From the NCBI GenBank assembly GCA_021845865.1, contig JAJZVC010000012.1, positions 29 through 64,028 on the forward strand: 64,000 bases of DNA. The letters run 5' to 3'. This document shows positions 34,088 through 42,493 of the stretch, piece by piece. Each line of letters opens with the position of its first letter. Positions within the stretch are counted from its first letter, which is position 1. The translations under genes were made by a program, and so were the position numbers. The stretch comes from Pseudomonadota bacterium. GTDB taxonomy: Bacteria; Pseudomonadota; Gammaproteobacteria; Burkholderiales; UBA9220. The notes beneath the pieces were generated by a model. It searched no databases and was not told the origin of the DNA. It worked only from the letters and a program-made list of their open reading frames with translations.

Positions 34088-35539
34088 TCACATGCGGGCG
34101 ATACGCGCGTACTGGGAAATTCCCGCAGAGGTGCCGCTGGAAAACATGTAACTGAACAAGGAATAATTCGTGGGCAGACCGAAAGCCGTGGTGGCGGTGT
34201 AGTTCTGCAGCACCGCCTTGCGGGACTCCAGCCCCTGGATGGATTGCTCGATGTTCTGAGTGGTGTACTTCAGCTCGCTGGTTGTGCCCGTGCCACGGGT
34301 AACGATATCCGCCACTTTCTGCGAGGTGTTGGCCAGAAGCGTGGTCGCCCCCTCGGGGTTGGCCTTGAAGGCGCCTTGCAGCTTGGTCTTGTCCAGGGAC
34401 AGGGTGCCGTCGGTCTGGCGGGCGATGCCCACGTCGGCCAGGGTAAGCTTATTGCTGCCGTAGCCGGTGCTGGCTTGGCCCACGGCCTCCTTCACCTGGC
34501 CCATAAGCTTGGCGGACAAGGCATCGTTGACCAGGGGCGGCGAGGCGTTGGCCGGCGACGCCTTGGCGAGGTTGGCGACGGATTTCTGCAAGGTATTGTA
34601 GGCGTCCACGAAGGACTTGGCCGCCGTCTCGAAGGCCGCCGCATCGCGGTTGACGTCCACCTTCACGGAGCTGGCGCCGGTGGTGGCGAGGGTCAAGGTC
34701 ACGCCTTCGATCGCCGTCGAAACGGCGTTGGATTGGCTCGTCACCGCCCGGCCGTCCACGGTCAGCTGAGCATTCTGGGCGGCCTGGGTTTGGGTCAGAT
34801 TCTTGCCGCTGCCGCTGGCCGCCGTGGGATCGTAGGCCACCTGTCCGAGGCCCGTGGTTCCGGTTTGCACATTGCCATAGGCGTCAGCCGCGGTGATCTT
34901 CACGGTATTGTCGGAGCCCGTGTTCTTGGCGGTGAGCTGCAGCTGATAGCCCCCGCCGTCAGCCGCCACCACGCTGGCCTTCACGCCGGCATCGGAGCGG
35001 TTGATGGCGTTGGCGATGCCGCTCAAGGTGCCATCGCCGGGATTGATGTTGACCGTCACTTCCTTCGCCGCGCCGGGAGTGAAGGTGTTCAGGTTGGAAT
35101 TGTAGGTGCCCACCTGTATCTTCAGCGACCCGGTGCCAACGATGGTGGAATCCCTGTCGGCAACGGTGGCGCTCTTCAAGGTCTGCGCCGTGGCAAGCTG
35201 GCTGACGTCGACGCTGTAGGTGCCCGCCTTTTTCACGTCCTTGGAAGCCGCGGCGCTCAGGACCGACTCCTGGCTGGAAACCGCCTTGTAAGGCGCTACT
35301 TCCTGTCCGCTGTTGAGCTTGTCCAGGGATTTCTGGAAGTCGGCGAAGGCGGATTGCAACTGGCCATAGGCGGAAAGCTTGACCTTGTAGCTCTCCTCCT
35401 GTTTTCCCAAGCTGTAGAGCGAGGAGGAAGAGCCAAACACTCCCTGTCCGCTGATTCCATACAAGGAGGACGCCGGACTGGCCTGGGACCCCCCGTAGAG
35501 GCTATACACGCTGTTGTACTGATTGATGGCGGAGAGCAT
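34088..35539 (-). CDS. Divergent FliD-like (flagellar cap / hook-associated protein 2 family) protein, not in a flagellar cluster
   Basis: 483 aa with KLSAYGQLQSAFADFQKSL, YSVDVSQLATAQTL, LSGIANAINRSDAGVKASVV...LTAKNTGSDNTVKI and LTLADVGIARQTDGTLSLDKTKL, resembling FliD N, central and C segments. The N-terminus is atypical (SLYG repeats). Confidence 0.6.
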   Translation of the reverse strand: MLSAINQYNSVYSLYGGSQASPASSLYGISGQGVFGSSSSLYSLGKQEESYKVKLSAYGQLQSAFADFQKSLDKLNSGQEVAPYKAVSSQESVLSAAASKDVKKAGTYSVDVSQLATAQTLKSATVADRDSTIVGTGSLKIQVGTYNSNLNTFTPGAAKEVTVNINPGDGTLSGIANAINRSDAGVKASVVAADGGGYQLQLTAKNTGSDNTVKITAADAYGNVQTGTTGLGQVAYDPTAASGSGKNLTQTQAAQNAQLTVDGRAVTSQSNAVSTAIEGVTLTLATTGASSVKVDVNRDAAAFETAAKSFVDAYNTLQKSVANLAKASPANASPPLVNDALSAKLMGQVKEAVGQASTGYGSNKLTLADVGIARQTDGTLSLDKTKLQGAFKANPEGATTLLANTSQKVADIVTRGTGTTSELKYTTQNIEQSIQGLESRKAVLQNYTATTAFGLPTNYSLFSYMFSSGTSAGISQYARIARM

Positions 35540-35644
35540 GGCGCACCCCCTTTCGGGAACTTCACAGTTCTATTGTAGAACAATTCCCAATCGAATCAAT
35601 TGGATTTTCGCCTGTTTAGCGCATTGGCATAAAACATTCCCGCT

Positions 35645-36097
35645 TCATGCTCGGCGCCGCAGCACGACCATGGCGGAACGCTGGAAACCGAGTCGATGGT
35701 AAAAACCCAGGGCCGGCATATTTTCGCGGTCGGCAAGAAGAGTCAGGCGCAAACAGCCGTTGGCCCGCGCCCAGTCGCTTACGTGGCCCATCAAGCCGCG
35801 TCCCAGCCCCTTGCCCCGCCATGAGGCGGAGACGATCACGTCTTCCACCCATCCCACCCTCCCGCCCTCGGCGGTGCTGACGCTGAACAACAGGCTGGCC
35901 ATGGCCGCAATCTCGTCCTCCACTCGGGCGACGAACAGCCGCCCCAGCAGGGGCTGTTCGAGGATCAGCCGCAATCCTTGCTCCTGCTTCGCCGCATCGG
36001 GCTCGAAATCGCTCTCGAGGCGGAACAGCTCCCCCAGCAGCCCCACCATGGCCGGGATATCCCCTTCCCGGGCGGCGTCGAACACGGCTTGAGGCAT
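35645..36097 (-). CDS. GNAT-family N-acetyltransferase
   Basis: 150 aa with acetyl-CoA motif VSASWRGKGLGRGLM and ALGFYHRLGF. Starts 7 nt after the SIR2-like gene. Confidence 0.85.
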   Translation of the reverse strand: MPQAVFDAAREGDIPAMVGLLGELFRLESDFEPDAAKQEQGLRLILEQPLLGRLFVARVEDEIAAMASLLFSVSTAEGGRVGWVEDVIVSASWRGKGLGRGLMGHVSDWARANGCLRLTLLADRENMPALGFYHRLGFQRSAMVVLRRRA

Positions 36098-36104
36098 GGA
36101 CCGC

Positions 36105-36938
36105 TCAGGCGGCGGCGGGCATCTCGCCGCGGAGCGCCTCGGCGAACTCAGCCAGTTCCATGTCCAGGCGGACGATGTTCTGCTCGGCGAAGAACCTGGC
36201 CTCGTTGGCGGTCAGCTCGCCCGGCGCCACGGCCCAGTGGGGGCCGTCGCTGGAGCGTTTCATCACTTGGCGGGCGTAGCCGCGGGTCAACTGGCTGTTG
36301 AAGCGGCAGCCCAGGAACAGGAACCGCCGCCCCACCCGCAATTCCCGCACCCGGTCCGGAATGGGGGTCTGGATGTCGATTTCCGTCAGCACCTCGACGT
36401 AATCCGAATCCGAGACGATGAAGTTGGCCGCCGGGCGGGCGGCGCCAAGGGGCTGATAGAGCAGGGTGGTCCAAGCCAATGCGTCTTCCTCCCCCGCATC
36501 GCTGCCGTCGGCGGCGTAGTGCCTGACCCACTGCTCCCGGTGCTCGGCCCGGCTCACCCCCTGGACCCGGCCCCAGTCGGCGCGATTGCCCAAGGCTTCG
36601 GCAAAGGTGCCGTCGTACCAGGTTTCCACCACCAGCGGCAAGGGCAGGGCCGCCAGGTAGCAATGGAGGAAGGAAGGCTCGGCGCGGGTCGCGAAGGCTT
36701 CCCTCATCAGCCCCACCAGAGTCTTGCGGTGCTTGAAGTTCTCGATGTACTGGGCGGCGGCGGTAAGGTTGCGGCGGATTTTGAACGGCACCGACGCCTT
36801 GGCGGAAAGCCTGTCCGCCAGGGCTTCCGCCGTGACGGGCAAACCGCTGTCGCCGCACAGGGCCAGGACCTCGGGGCCGAGGTAGGGCACGGCCGCGCCT
36901 TCGGCGAGGGCGGCGCGAATTTCGTCCAGGGTGTTCAT
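36105..36938 (-). CDS. SIR2_2-type (SIR2-like) domain protein with apparently degenerate active-site motifs
   Basis: ATG 36938 with GGAGA RBS. Segments AVPYLGPEVL, LVVETWYDGTFAEAL, LLYQPLGAA...FIVSDSDYVEVL and RRFLFLGCRFNSQL align by eye to the GAGxS, TTNYD, KLHG...DY and lvFiGySl.D blocks of SIR2_2 proteins. Confidence 0.6.
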   Translation of the reverse strand: MNTLDEIRAALAEGAAVPYLGPEVLALCGDSGLPVTAEALADRLSAKASVPFKIRRNLTAAAQYIENFKHRKTLVGLMREAFATRAEPSFLHCYLAALPLPLVVETWYDGTFAEALGNRADWGRVQGVSRAEHREQWVRHYAADGSDAGEEDALAWTTLLYQPLGAARPAANFIVSDSDYVEVLTEIDIQTPIPDRVRELRVGRRFLFLGCRFNSQLTRGYARQVMKRSSDGPHWAVAPGELTANEARFFAEQNIVRLDMELAEFAEALRGEMPAAA

Positions 36939-36951
36939 GCTCGTCTCCTTG

Positions 36952-37212
36952 TCAGCGCATCGCCAGCACCAGGCCGGTGGCTTCGGCGAGATCGTGGGTG
37001 AGGTGAAGGCAGGCGCTCCGCCCGTCCACCAGGTAAAGGTCGAAGCGCCTGCCGGCCCGGAAAGGCTCATCGGTCATGTCCGCGGCATCGCACTGGGAAA
37101 AGTGCAGGCCGGGGTAGCGGCGGCGGATTTCCGCCAGGGGTTTCTTCCCTTCGGCCAGCAGGCTTTCCAGGCTGCTGGCTATCTCCCCGACCAGGGCGTC
37201 ATCGAGACTCAA
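36952..37212 (-). CDS. Hypothetical 86-aa nif-operon protein
   Basis: Starts 1 nt after the nifT stop. MSLDDALVGEIASSLESLLAEGKKPLAEIRRRYPGLHF... No family recognised. Confidence 0.6.
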   Translation of the reverse strand: MSLDDALVGEIASSLESLLAEGKKPLAEIRRRYPGLHFSQCDAADMTDEPFRAGRRFDLYLVDGRSACLHLTHDLAEATGLVLAMR

Positions 37213-37213
37213 T

Positions 37214-37426
37214 TCAGTCCCCTTCCAGCCTGCGGGCCTCGACGGTGATGGGCAGCCGGGTATCCGCCGCCATCTCGGGCAGCGCGAACACCCAGCCGTT
37301 GGACAGCTTGATGTTGCCGCCCCACATATCGGGTTTTTCCATCTCGACGATGTTTTCCTCCAGGTCCTTCTTCGCCACGTAGGCGGTGAGGCCGCCGCTG
37401 GCGGATTTGCGGATCATGACTTTCAT
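37214..37426 (-). CDS. nifT: Nitrogen fixation protein NifT/FixU
   Basis: MKVMIRKSASGGLTAYVAKKDLEENIVEMEKPDMWGGNIKLSNGWVFALPEMAADTRLPITVEARRL, a typical NifT sequence. Confidence 0.9.
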   Translation of the reverse strand: MKVMIRKSASGGLTAYVAKKDLEENIVEMEKPDMWGGNIKLSNGWVFALPEMAADTRLPITVEARRLEGD

Positions 37427-37453
37427 GGCGTTACTCCTGCTTGGTTTGAATTC

Positions 37454-40159
37454 TCAGCTGGCTGGGCGGATTTCCGCCACCTTGCCCTTGGCCGGCGGCA
37501 AGCCCGGCATTTGAACCGTCCCGCCCAGACTGCCCATGGCCAAAATGCGCTGGCAGATTTTCTCCGGGTTCAGCACCAGCAGCAGTTCTCCCGCTGCGCG
37601 GGCGGGGTCCGGCTTGACCACCGAATCGGCGATCACGCCCTCGCTGGCGAACATGGAGGACAGGGCCTCCACCCGGTGGTGCGCCACCTCGGGGATTTCC
37701 CCCAGGGCGTCCACCAGGATTCCCAGCAGCTCCCCTTCCCGCACCCGGACCAGCACCACCTGCTTGCCGGCCAGTTCGGCCACCTCCGGCCTGTTGGGCA
37801 AGAGGCGGCGGATATCCACCACCGGCACCGGGCCATTGTTGTAAAGCAAATAGCCGACCAGATAGCTGGGAGCGCCGGGCACCGGAGTGAGGCCTGCCAG
37901 GTCCACGGCCTCCGCCACGTCTTCGGAATAGAGGCCGAACCAGTTCTCGTCCACGAAGAAGGTGGCGATCTCCACCGTCTCGCCGAACTCCGACGCCCGC
38001 CCGACCTGGAGCTGCCACCTGTTGCGGCCGCCGTCCCCGGCCAGCGGATGGGCGCTTTCAGCCGGGCACAGGGGAACGAAAACCAGGGCCGCCACGTCGT
38101 TCTTGTAGCCGTCCATGGGGCCCTTGTATTCCCGGTAGCCGCTGGAAAGACGGGAGCCGACGGCATAGTAGAGGCCGTTCAGTTCGACGATATTGGACAG
38201 GCCGCCGCCATTGGGCAGGCCGAAAAACTTGTCGTCCACGTCGAGGCGGCCGCCGGGCCGGATGTCCGGGTGGGTGGAGGCGATCACCTGCCGCTGGCGG
38301 TCGGCGAAGATGCCGAAGCAGCCGGGGAGAATGCCGCCGTTCTCGTCGCGGGGCAGGGCGTCCCGCAGCATGGCCTCGAATTGGGGTTCGGCGTCGAACA
38401 CGATGCCGATGCCCCCCACCACCCTCCCGCTGCCTTGCGGATCATGAATGGCGGCGCCATAGATGTAGGTGTGCCGGCCACCGTACAAAGGCGTGGGCTC
38501 GAAGGCGGACACGGCATAACTCTGGGAGTTCTTCAGGCTCAGGGTCTGCCGCACCCATTCGTCGGTCAGCGGCTTGCCGCAGAAGGACTGGCAGTCCGGG
38601 TTGGACACCGCCAGGACGCGCCCGTGGCGGTCTAACAGGACCAGGTTGCCGTACACCGTGTAGAGGCTGTTGATGTGGCTGAGGACGGCCTGGATGCCGC
38701 GGATATCCTCCTCGTTCACCTCCGGCTGGGCCAGCAGTTCGCGGAAATGGCTGCGCAGGGCCCACCAGCGGCAGTCGTTGGCCCGCTCGTAGAGGTTGCG
38801 GTCCATGATGTCGATGGCCAGGGACGCCAGGAACTGGCTGTCCTGGAGGATGGTGGACACCACCGTCTGGTGCAGGTTGCCGATGGAACGCTCGAACACG
38901 TCCTTGGTCTTGAGGCCGGTGTTGCTGATCTCCCACAGCAGAATCTTGGAAAACGCCGGGTTGAGGGCCTTCTTGTCGCTGCTCTGGCGCACGTTGCCGT
39001 TCCACACCGAGCGGTTCAGCTCGCGCTGTATCTTGTCCGCCTGAAAAGGGATGTTGCGCAGGCCGTCGCTGAAGAGGGAGGGGTTGCTCATCACGTCTTC
39101 CAGCATCCGGGCCGAGACCAGCCTGAGGCGGTCCGAGGCGTCCTTGCCGAAGGCATGCTCCAGGGGGACCATCACATGGCCATGCCAGCCCAGGCCCGTG
39201 TAGCCCTGATAGCCGCTGGTGGGGCGGGTCGCCGCCAGGTATTCGCGGCCGTTGAAGCGCACCACCCGGTAATCCGTGTCCAGCACCCGCTCCATGGTTG
39301 CGCCGATGGGGATGTGCCACTCGTCGCTGCTGGCGATGACCTGTCCTTCGTGATCCAGCAAGGTGATCACGCTCCAGTCGTCCGCCTCCCGCAGATTGGC
39401 GAAAATGCCCGCGGTCTCGTTGCGGAAACGGAAGCACAGGCACAGCACCCCCAGGGGGGAACCGTCCTCGGGCGAGGTAACGCGGTAGGAATAGATCAGG
39501 CTGCTGGCTTCCCCCGGCAGCAGGTCAGAATGCTGGAAGGTTTCCACGTACTCCCGGGGGGTGTGAAGGGACTCGCCGATCAGGGGGTCGTCCGAACGCT
39601 CCACCGGATTGGTCTGGTCGAGCTGGATGAGGACGTTGCCGTCGCAGTCCAGGAGGATGATGTTGTGGTAAACGGAATACTTCTGCACGTATTCCCGAAA
39701 GCGCTGCTGGAGGCTGGCGGTCATCCGTTCCAGCTCTTCCTGGAGGCGCTCCTTCTCGCTGCCGAACCCCTGGCGGATTCGCGCCAGGAAATCTGGCGCC
39801 CTGGCGGCATAGCCGCGGATGTCGTCGTCGGTGGCGAGAAAACCGATGTCGGCGGTGCGCTCGAACAGGTTGCGGATCATGATGTCCACCGCCACCTGGG
39901 CCTTGGACTTCATCTCCAGCACCGTCTTCTTCAGGGTTTCGTTGCCCAGGTTGTTGAGCAGGCCGTTGGTCAACTGATGAAACGCCTGCCGGGTGGCGCT
40001 CATGTCGGTGCCGGTACCCGACAACTGCCCCAGCAGGGTGAGGTTGTCCCATACCCCTTGCAGGCTTTGCAAGGTCTCCCGGTACTCCTCCACGCTGCTC
40101 ATGTGCCGGACGACCTGCGCCAGTCCGTCGTCCAGTTCGATTCCTTTGTACGTCGCCAT
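37454..40159 (-). CDS. 901-aa cytoplasmic multidomain sensor with two helical-plus-PAS/Cache-like modules and a C-terminal CheW-like domain
   Basis: ATG 40159 with AGGAGGGG RBS. Duplicated module (IMIRNLFERTADIGFLATDDDIR...YHNIILLDCDGNVLIQ and IMDRNLYERANDCRWWALRSHFR...YGNLVLLDRHGRVLAV). C-terminal VEIATFFVDENWFGLYSEDVAEAVDLAGLTPVPGAPSYLVGYLLYNNGPVPVVDIRRLL matches the CheW fold pattern. Confidence 0.7.
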   Translation of the reverse strand: MATYKGIELDDGLAQVVRHMSSVEEYRETLQSLQGVWDNLTLLGQLSGTGTDMSATRQAFHQLTNGLLNNLGNETLKKTVLEMKSKAQVAVDIMIRNLFERTADIGFLATDDDIRGYAARAPDFLARIRQGFGSEKERLQEELERMTASLQQRFREYVQKYSVYHNIILLDCDGNVLIQLDQTNPVERSDDPLIGESLHTPREYVETFQHSDLLPGEASSLIYSYRVTSPEDGSPLGVLCLCFRFRNETAGIFANLREADDWSVITLLDHEGQVIASSDEWHIPIGATMERVLDTDYRVVRFNGREYLAATRPTSGYQGYTGLGWHGHVMVPLEHAFGKDASDRLRLVSARMLEDVMSNPSLFSDGLRNIPFQADKIQRELNRSVWNGNVRQSSDKKALNPAFSKILLWEISNTGLKTKDVFERSIGNLHQTVVSTILQDSQFLASLAIDIMDRNLYERANDCRWWALRSHFRELLAQPEVNEEDIRGIQAVLSHINSLYTVYGNLVLLDRHGRVLAVSNPDCQSFCGKPLTDEWVRQTLSLKNSQSYAVSAFEPTPLYGGRHTYIYGAAIHDPQGSGRVVGGIGIVFDAEPQFEAMLRDALPRDENGGILPGCFGIFADRQRQVIASTHPDIRPGGRLDVDDKFFGLPNGGGLSNIVELNGLYYAVGSRLSSGYREYKGPMDGYKNDVAALVFVPLCPAESAHPLAGDGGRNRWQLQVGRASEFGETVEIATFFVDENWFGLYSEDVAEAVDLAGLTPVPGAPSYLVGYLLYNNGPVPVVDIRRLLPNRPEVAELAGKQVVLVRVREGELLGILVDALGEIPEVAHHRVEALSSMFASEGVIADSVVKPDPARAAGELLLVLNPEKICQRILAMGSLGGTVQMPGLPPAKGKVAEIRPAS

Positions 40160-40273
40160 ATCCCCTCCTGTGAATAGCCTCGGCCACGGGCCGTGGTTCA
40201 TCCTCCAGTACGGCGCCTTGAATTTTGTTCTGCTAGGCGGCGCCGTTTTATTCCTTGCTTGTCAATGCCTGGC

Positions 40274-40513
40274 TCAAACCGCCGTCAGTTCCTCCTCGAA
40301 ACAGCCCACGACAACGCCTGAAGAGAACTCCACCAAGTACACCGGAATATTGGCCTCGGCATGGTGGCCGACGTTGACCACTTCGCCGGCGCTGCCGATG
40401 GCCGCCAGCAGGGCATTCTCGGCGAACCCCGGGTGGGAGCCGTCGTTGCGGATGTCCGCGGCGCAGCTCACCTTCTGCCCCCACCGGTACTTGGGCTGGC
40501 GCGGCTCAAACAT
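40274..40513 (-). CDS. NifZ-domain protein (second paralogue)
   Basis: YRWGQKVSCAADIRNDGSHPG...GEVVNVGHH...IPVYLVEFSSGVVVGCFEEEL. Confidence 0.8.
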   Translation of the reverse strand: MFEPRQPKYRWGQKVSCAADIRNDGSHPGFAENALLAAIGSAGEVVNVGHHAEANIPVYLVEFSSGVVVGCFEEELTAV

Positions 40514-40790
40514 GGGCCTCCTCCTCGGCGGACAACAGTTCCCGCCCCTTCATGCCGACGATGTAGCCCCGCTCGTAGAAGTCCACGCCGTAGATGTAGA
40601 ACTGCTGCAGGAAGGTGCCGATGCTGGCGACATAGCCCACGTCGCCCTTTTTCACCAGGATGTCGCCGATCTCCTTGCCGGGGAAGGTGCCGTCGTTGCG
40701 GACGTTCTTCAGGGAACGCACCTTCTGGCCGTATTCGAAGTCCGGCGGGCCGTCGAGTTCGACGATGTCGCTGTCGCGGGCGATGTTCAT
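40506..40790 (-). CDS. nifZ: Nitrogen fixation protein NifZ
   Basis: FEYGQKVRSLKNVRNDGTFPG...GDVGYVASIGTFLQQFYIYGVDF..GYIVGMKGRELL. Confidence 0.85.
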   Translation of the reverse strand: MNIARDSDIVELDGPPDFEYGQKVRSLKNVRNDGTFPGKEIGDILVKKGDVGYVASIGTFLQQFYIYGVDFYERGYIVGMKGRELLSAEEEAHV

Positions 40791-41581
40791 GGTTCACCTC
40801 CTTCCAATCGATTGCGGGCCATTTCCCGCACCATTTCGTCCTCGTCTTCCAGCAGCGGTGCCAGATGGTTTTTTCCCACCCTGCTGGCAACCTCGTGGCG
40901 CACCCGCCAGTCCGTGTCCCCGGCCAGCTTCGCCAGAGACTCCGGATCCAGGCGGCGGGCGGCCTCCAGCCGCACGTCGGCGTCCTCGTCCGCCGCCAGC
41001 CGGGGCAGCCCGTCGGGTCCGATGCGCCGCGCCACTTCCAGCCTCACCTCCCGGTCCTCGTCCCCCGCCAGCAAGTGCAGCATGGCGGGCGGCAGGCGCC
41101 TGGCGACGATGAGGCGCACGTAGTAGTCGGGGTCCGCGCGCATTTCCGCCAAATCCTTGCCCTCCAGGCGGTAGGCCACGCGGATGCGCACCTCCCGGTC
41201 CGGGTCGTGGCGCATCCGCAGCAGATACCGGCGCGGCAGGCGGATCACCGCCGAAAAGCGCACCGTCTCGTCCGGGTCGTCCAGCAGCGGCGGCAAGTGG
41301 AACACGTCGGCGAACTTGGCCGCGATGGCCCGCACCTCGAAATAGGGGTGCGTCAGGTAGCCGTCCGCCAGCTCCCGGTTCCAGTAAAAGAAGCGGTCGA
41401 TGCGCTTGGCGTAGCGGTCGTGCACGCAGGCCCGGCGCAGCTGGCAGCGTCCCGCCGCCAACAGCGCCCGATGGCCGCAGGCCTCGCAGCGCACCGGATT
41501 GCCCAGCCAGTCCAGGGCCTCGTCGATCAGCGGCTCCTGGCCAGCCGTCTCCGCCTCCTGCCGGCGCTCAGTCGTCATCAT
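40787..41581 (-). CDS. 4Fe-4S-binding leucine-rich-repeat-variant (LRV) protein
   Basis: N-terminal Cys cluster CEACGHRALLAAGRCQLRRAC...C, followed by LRV repeats (DPDREVRIRVAYRL, DPDYYVRLIVARRLPP, DEDREVRLEVARRI, DEDADVRLEAARRL, DTDWRVRHEVASRV). Confidence 0.8.
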   Translation of the reverse strand: MMTTERRQEAETAGQEPLIDEALDWLGNPVRCEACGHRALLAAGRCQLRRACVHDRYAKRIDRFFYWNRELADGYLTHPYFEVRAIAAKFADVFHLPPLLDDPDETVRFSAVIRLPRRYLLRMRHDPDREVRIRVAYRLEGKDLAEMRADPDYYVRLIVARRLPPAMLHLLAGDEDREVRLEVARRIGPDGLPRLAADEDADVRLEAARRLDPESLAKLAGDTDWRVRHEVASRVGKNHLAPLLEDEDEMVREMARNRLEGGEP

Positions 41582-42095
41582 CCCGGCCGCCCCGTTCCAA
41601 GACGCCCAACAGTACCGACGCCCCCACCTGGTCGCGGGGGTCCAGCTCGATCACTTTCTCCACCGCGCGCCGCCCTTCCTCCAGGTTCCCCAGGCGCATG
41701 TGCAGGTAGCCGTAGGCCTTGAGGCTGAAGAGAAAGAACCGCGGCCCGTAGGCGGCGAAACCGCCAAAATCGGCGCCGCCGGGGGCCACCTGGCGCCAAT
41801 CCCGCTCCAGACCCATCTCCTGGGCCGCCAGGGAAAGGCACAGCTCGGCATAGGGCAGCGCCTCCTTCAGCCTTCCCCGGTAAAAATGAAAGCGGTAGAA
41901 GGCGATGTAGACCGCCGCATGCTGGGGCGCCAGGGACAAAGCCTGGTGCAGCAAGCGCTCCGCCTCGTCCGGCGTGCCGTAGGCCTTGGCGGCCTTTTGC
42001 AGGCAGTACTCGGCGGCGGGGGGCAAGTCCTGCCCGAGACAGGCCCGTTCCAGCCAGGACAGGTCGTCGTTAGTCTCGGCCCGCCCGGCTTCCAT
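41568..42095 (-). CDS. TPR-repeat protein in the nifB operon
   Basis: 175 aa with helical repeats (AAVYIAFYRFHFYRGRLKEALPYAELCL, AYGYLHMRLGNLEEGRRAVEKVIELDP). Confidence 0.7.
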   Translation of the reverse strand: MEAGRAETNDDLSWLERACLGQDLPPAAEYCLQKAAKAYGTPDEAERLLHQALSLAPQHAAVYIAFYRFHFYRGRLKEALPYAELCLSLAAQEMGLERDWRQVAPGGADFGGFAAYGPRFFLFSLKAYGYLHMRLGNLEEGRRAVEKVIELDPRDQVGASVLLGVLERGGRDDDD

Positions 42096-42098
42096 GCG

Positions 42099-42479
42099 TC
42101 AGCGCCGCCCGATGCTGCCCAGGCTCACCGTCGCCACGGTGGGGTCGGTGTTGCCCGGCGTGCCGCTGCCGCAACCGCACACGCCGCGGGCGTTGGGGTT
42201 GTGGAACTTGAGTCCCGTTTCCATCATGGAATCGGCGAAGTCGATGGTGTAGCCGTCCAGCAGCAGCGCGCTTTCCATGGGCAGGAAGACCTTCAGGCTT
42301 TCCAGCTCCAGCACCTTGTCGCCGGCCTGGGGGTTGGCTTCCACCGTGAATTCGGAACTGAGCCCGGAACAGCCGCCGGGGCTGACCACCAGGCGGAATC
42401 CGGCACTGGCGCCGCTGCCGCTAAAACGGACCATGCGCTGCATGAATTTCTCGGCCTTGGGCGTGACGGTCAGGTTCAT
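42099..42479 (-). CDS. HesB/IscA-family Fe-S cluster assembly protein (nif-type)
   Basis: MNLTVTPKAEKFMQRMV...GFRLVVSPGGCSGLSSEF...FHNPNARGVCGCGSG. AAGGAG RBS before ATG 42479. Confidence 0.85.
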   Translation of the reverse strand: MNLTVTPKAEKFMQRMVRFSGSGASAGFRLVVSPGGCSGLSSEFTVEANPQAGDKVLELESLKVFLPMESALLLDGYTIDFADSMMETGLKFHNPNARGVCGCGSGTPGNTDPTVATVSLGSIGRR

Positions 42480-42493
42480 GTCGCGCTCCTTGT

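Noticed and set aside
33929-35578. 549-aa plus-strand ORF, and the 273-aa minus ORF 33129-33950
   Set aside because: They are antisense or out of frame relative to the FliD-like, coiled-coil and ArsC-like genes. No RBS or motifs.
35560-35640. Palindromes GTTCTA-TTG-TAGAAC and CCAAT-CGAATCA-ATTGG, and a TAAA...CGAT pattern upstream of the FliD-like gene, considered as a sigma28 promoter
   Set aside because: The spacing between TAAA and the CGAT-containing element is about 21 nt, too long for the flagellar sigma28 consensus. The palindromes may be operator-like, but I cannot support a specific call.
40160-40273. Possible sigma54 promoter (AGGCAT...AGCA) upstream of the CheW-domain gene
   Set aside because: The GG and GC dinucleotides are separated by 9 rather than 10 nt and flanking bases do not fit. 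Only two hairpins (ACGGCGCC...GGCGCCGT and CCACGG-GC-CGTGG) can be supported there.
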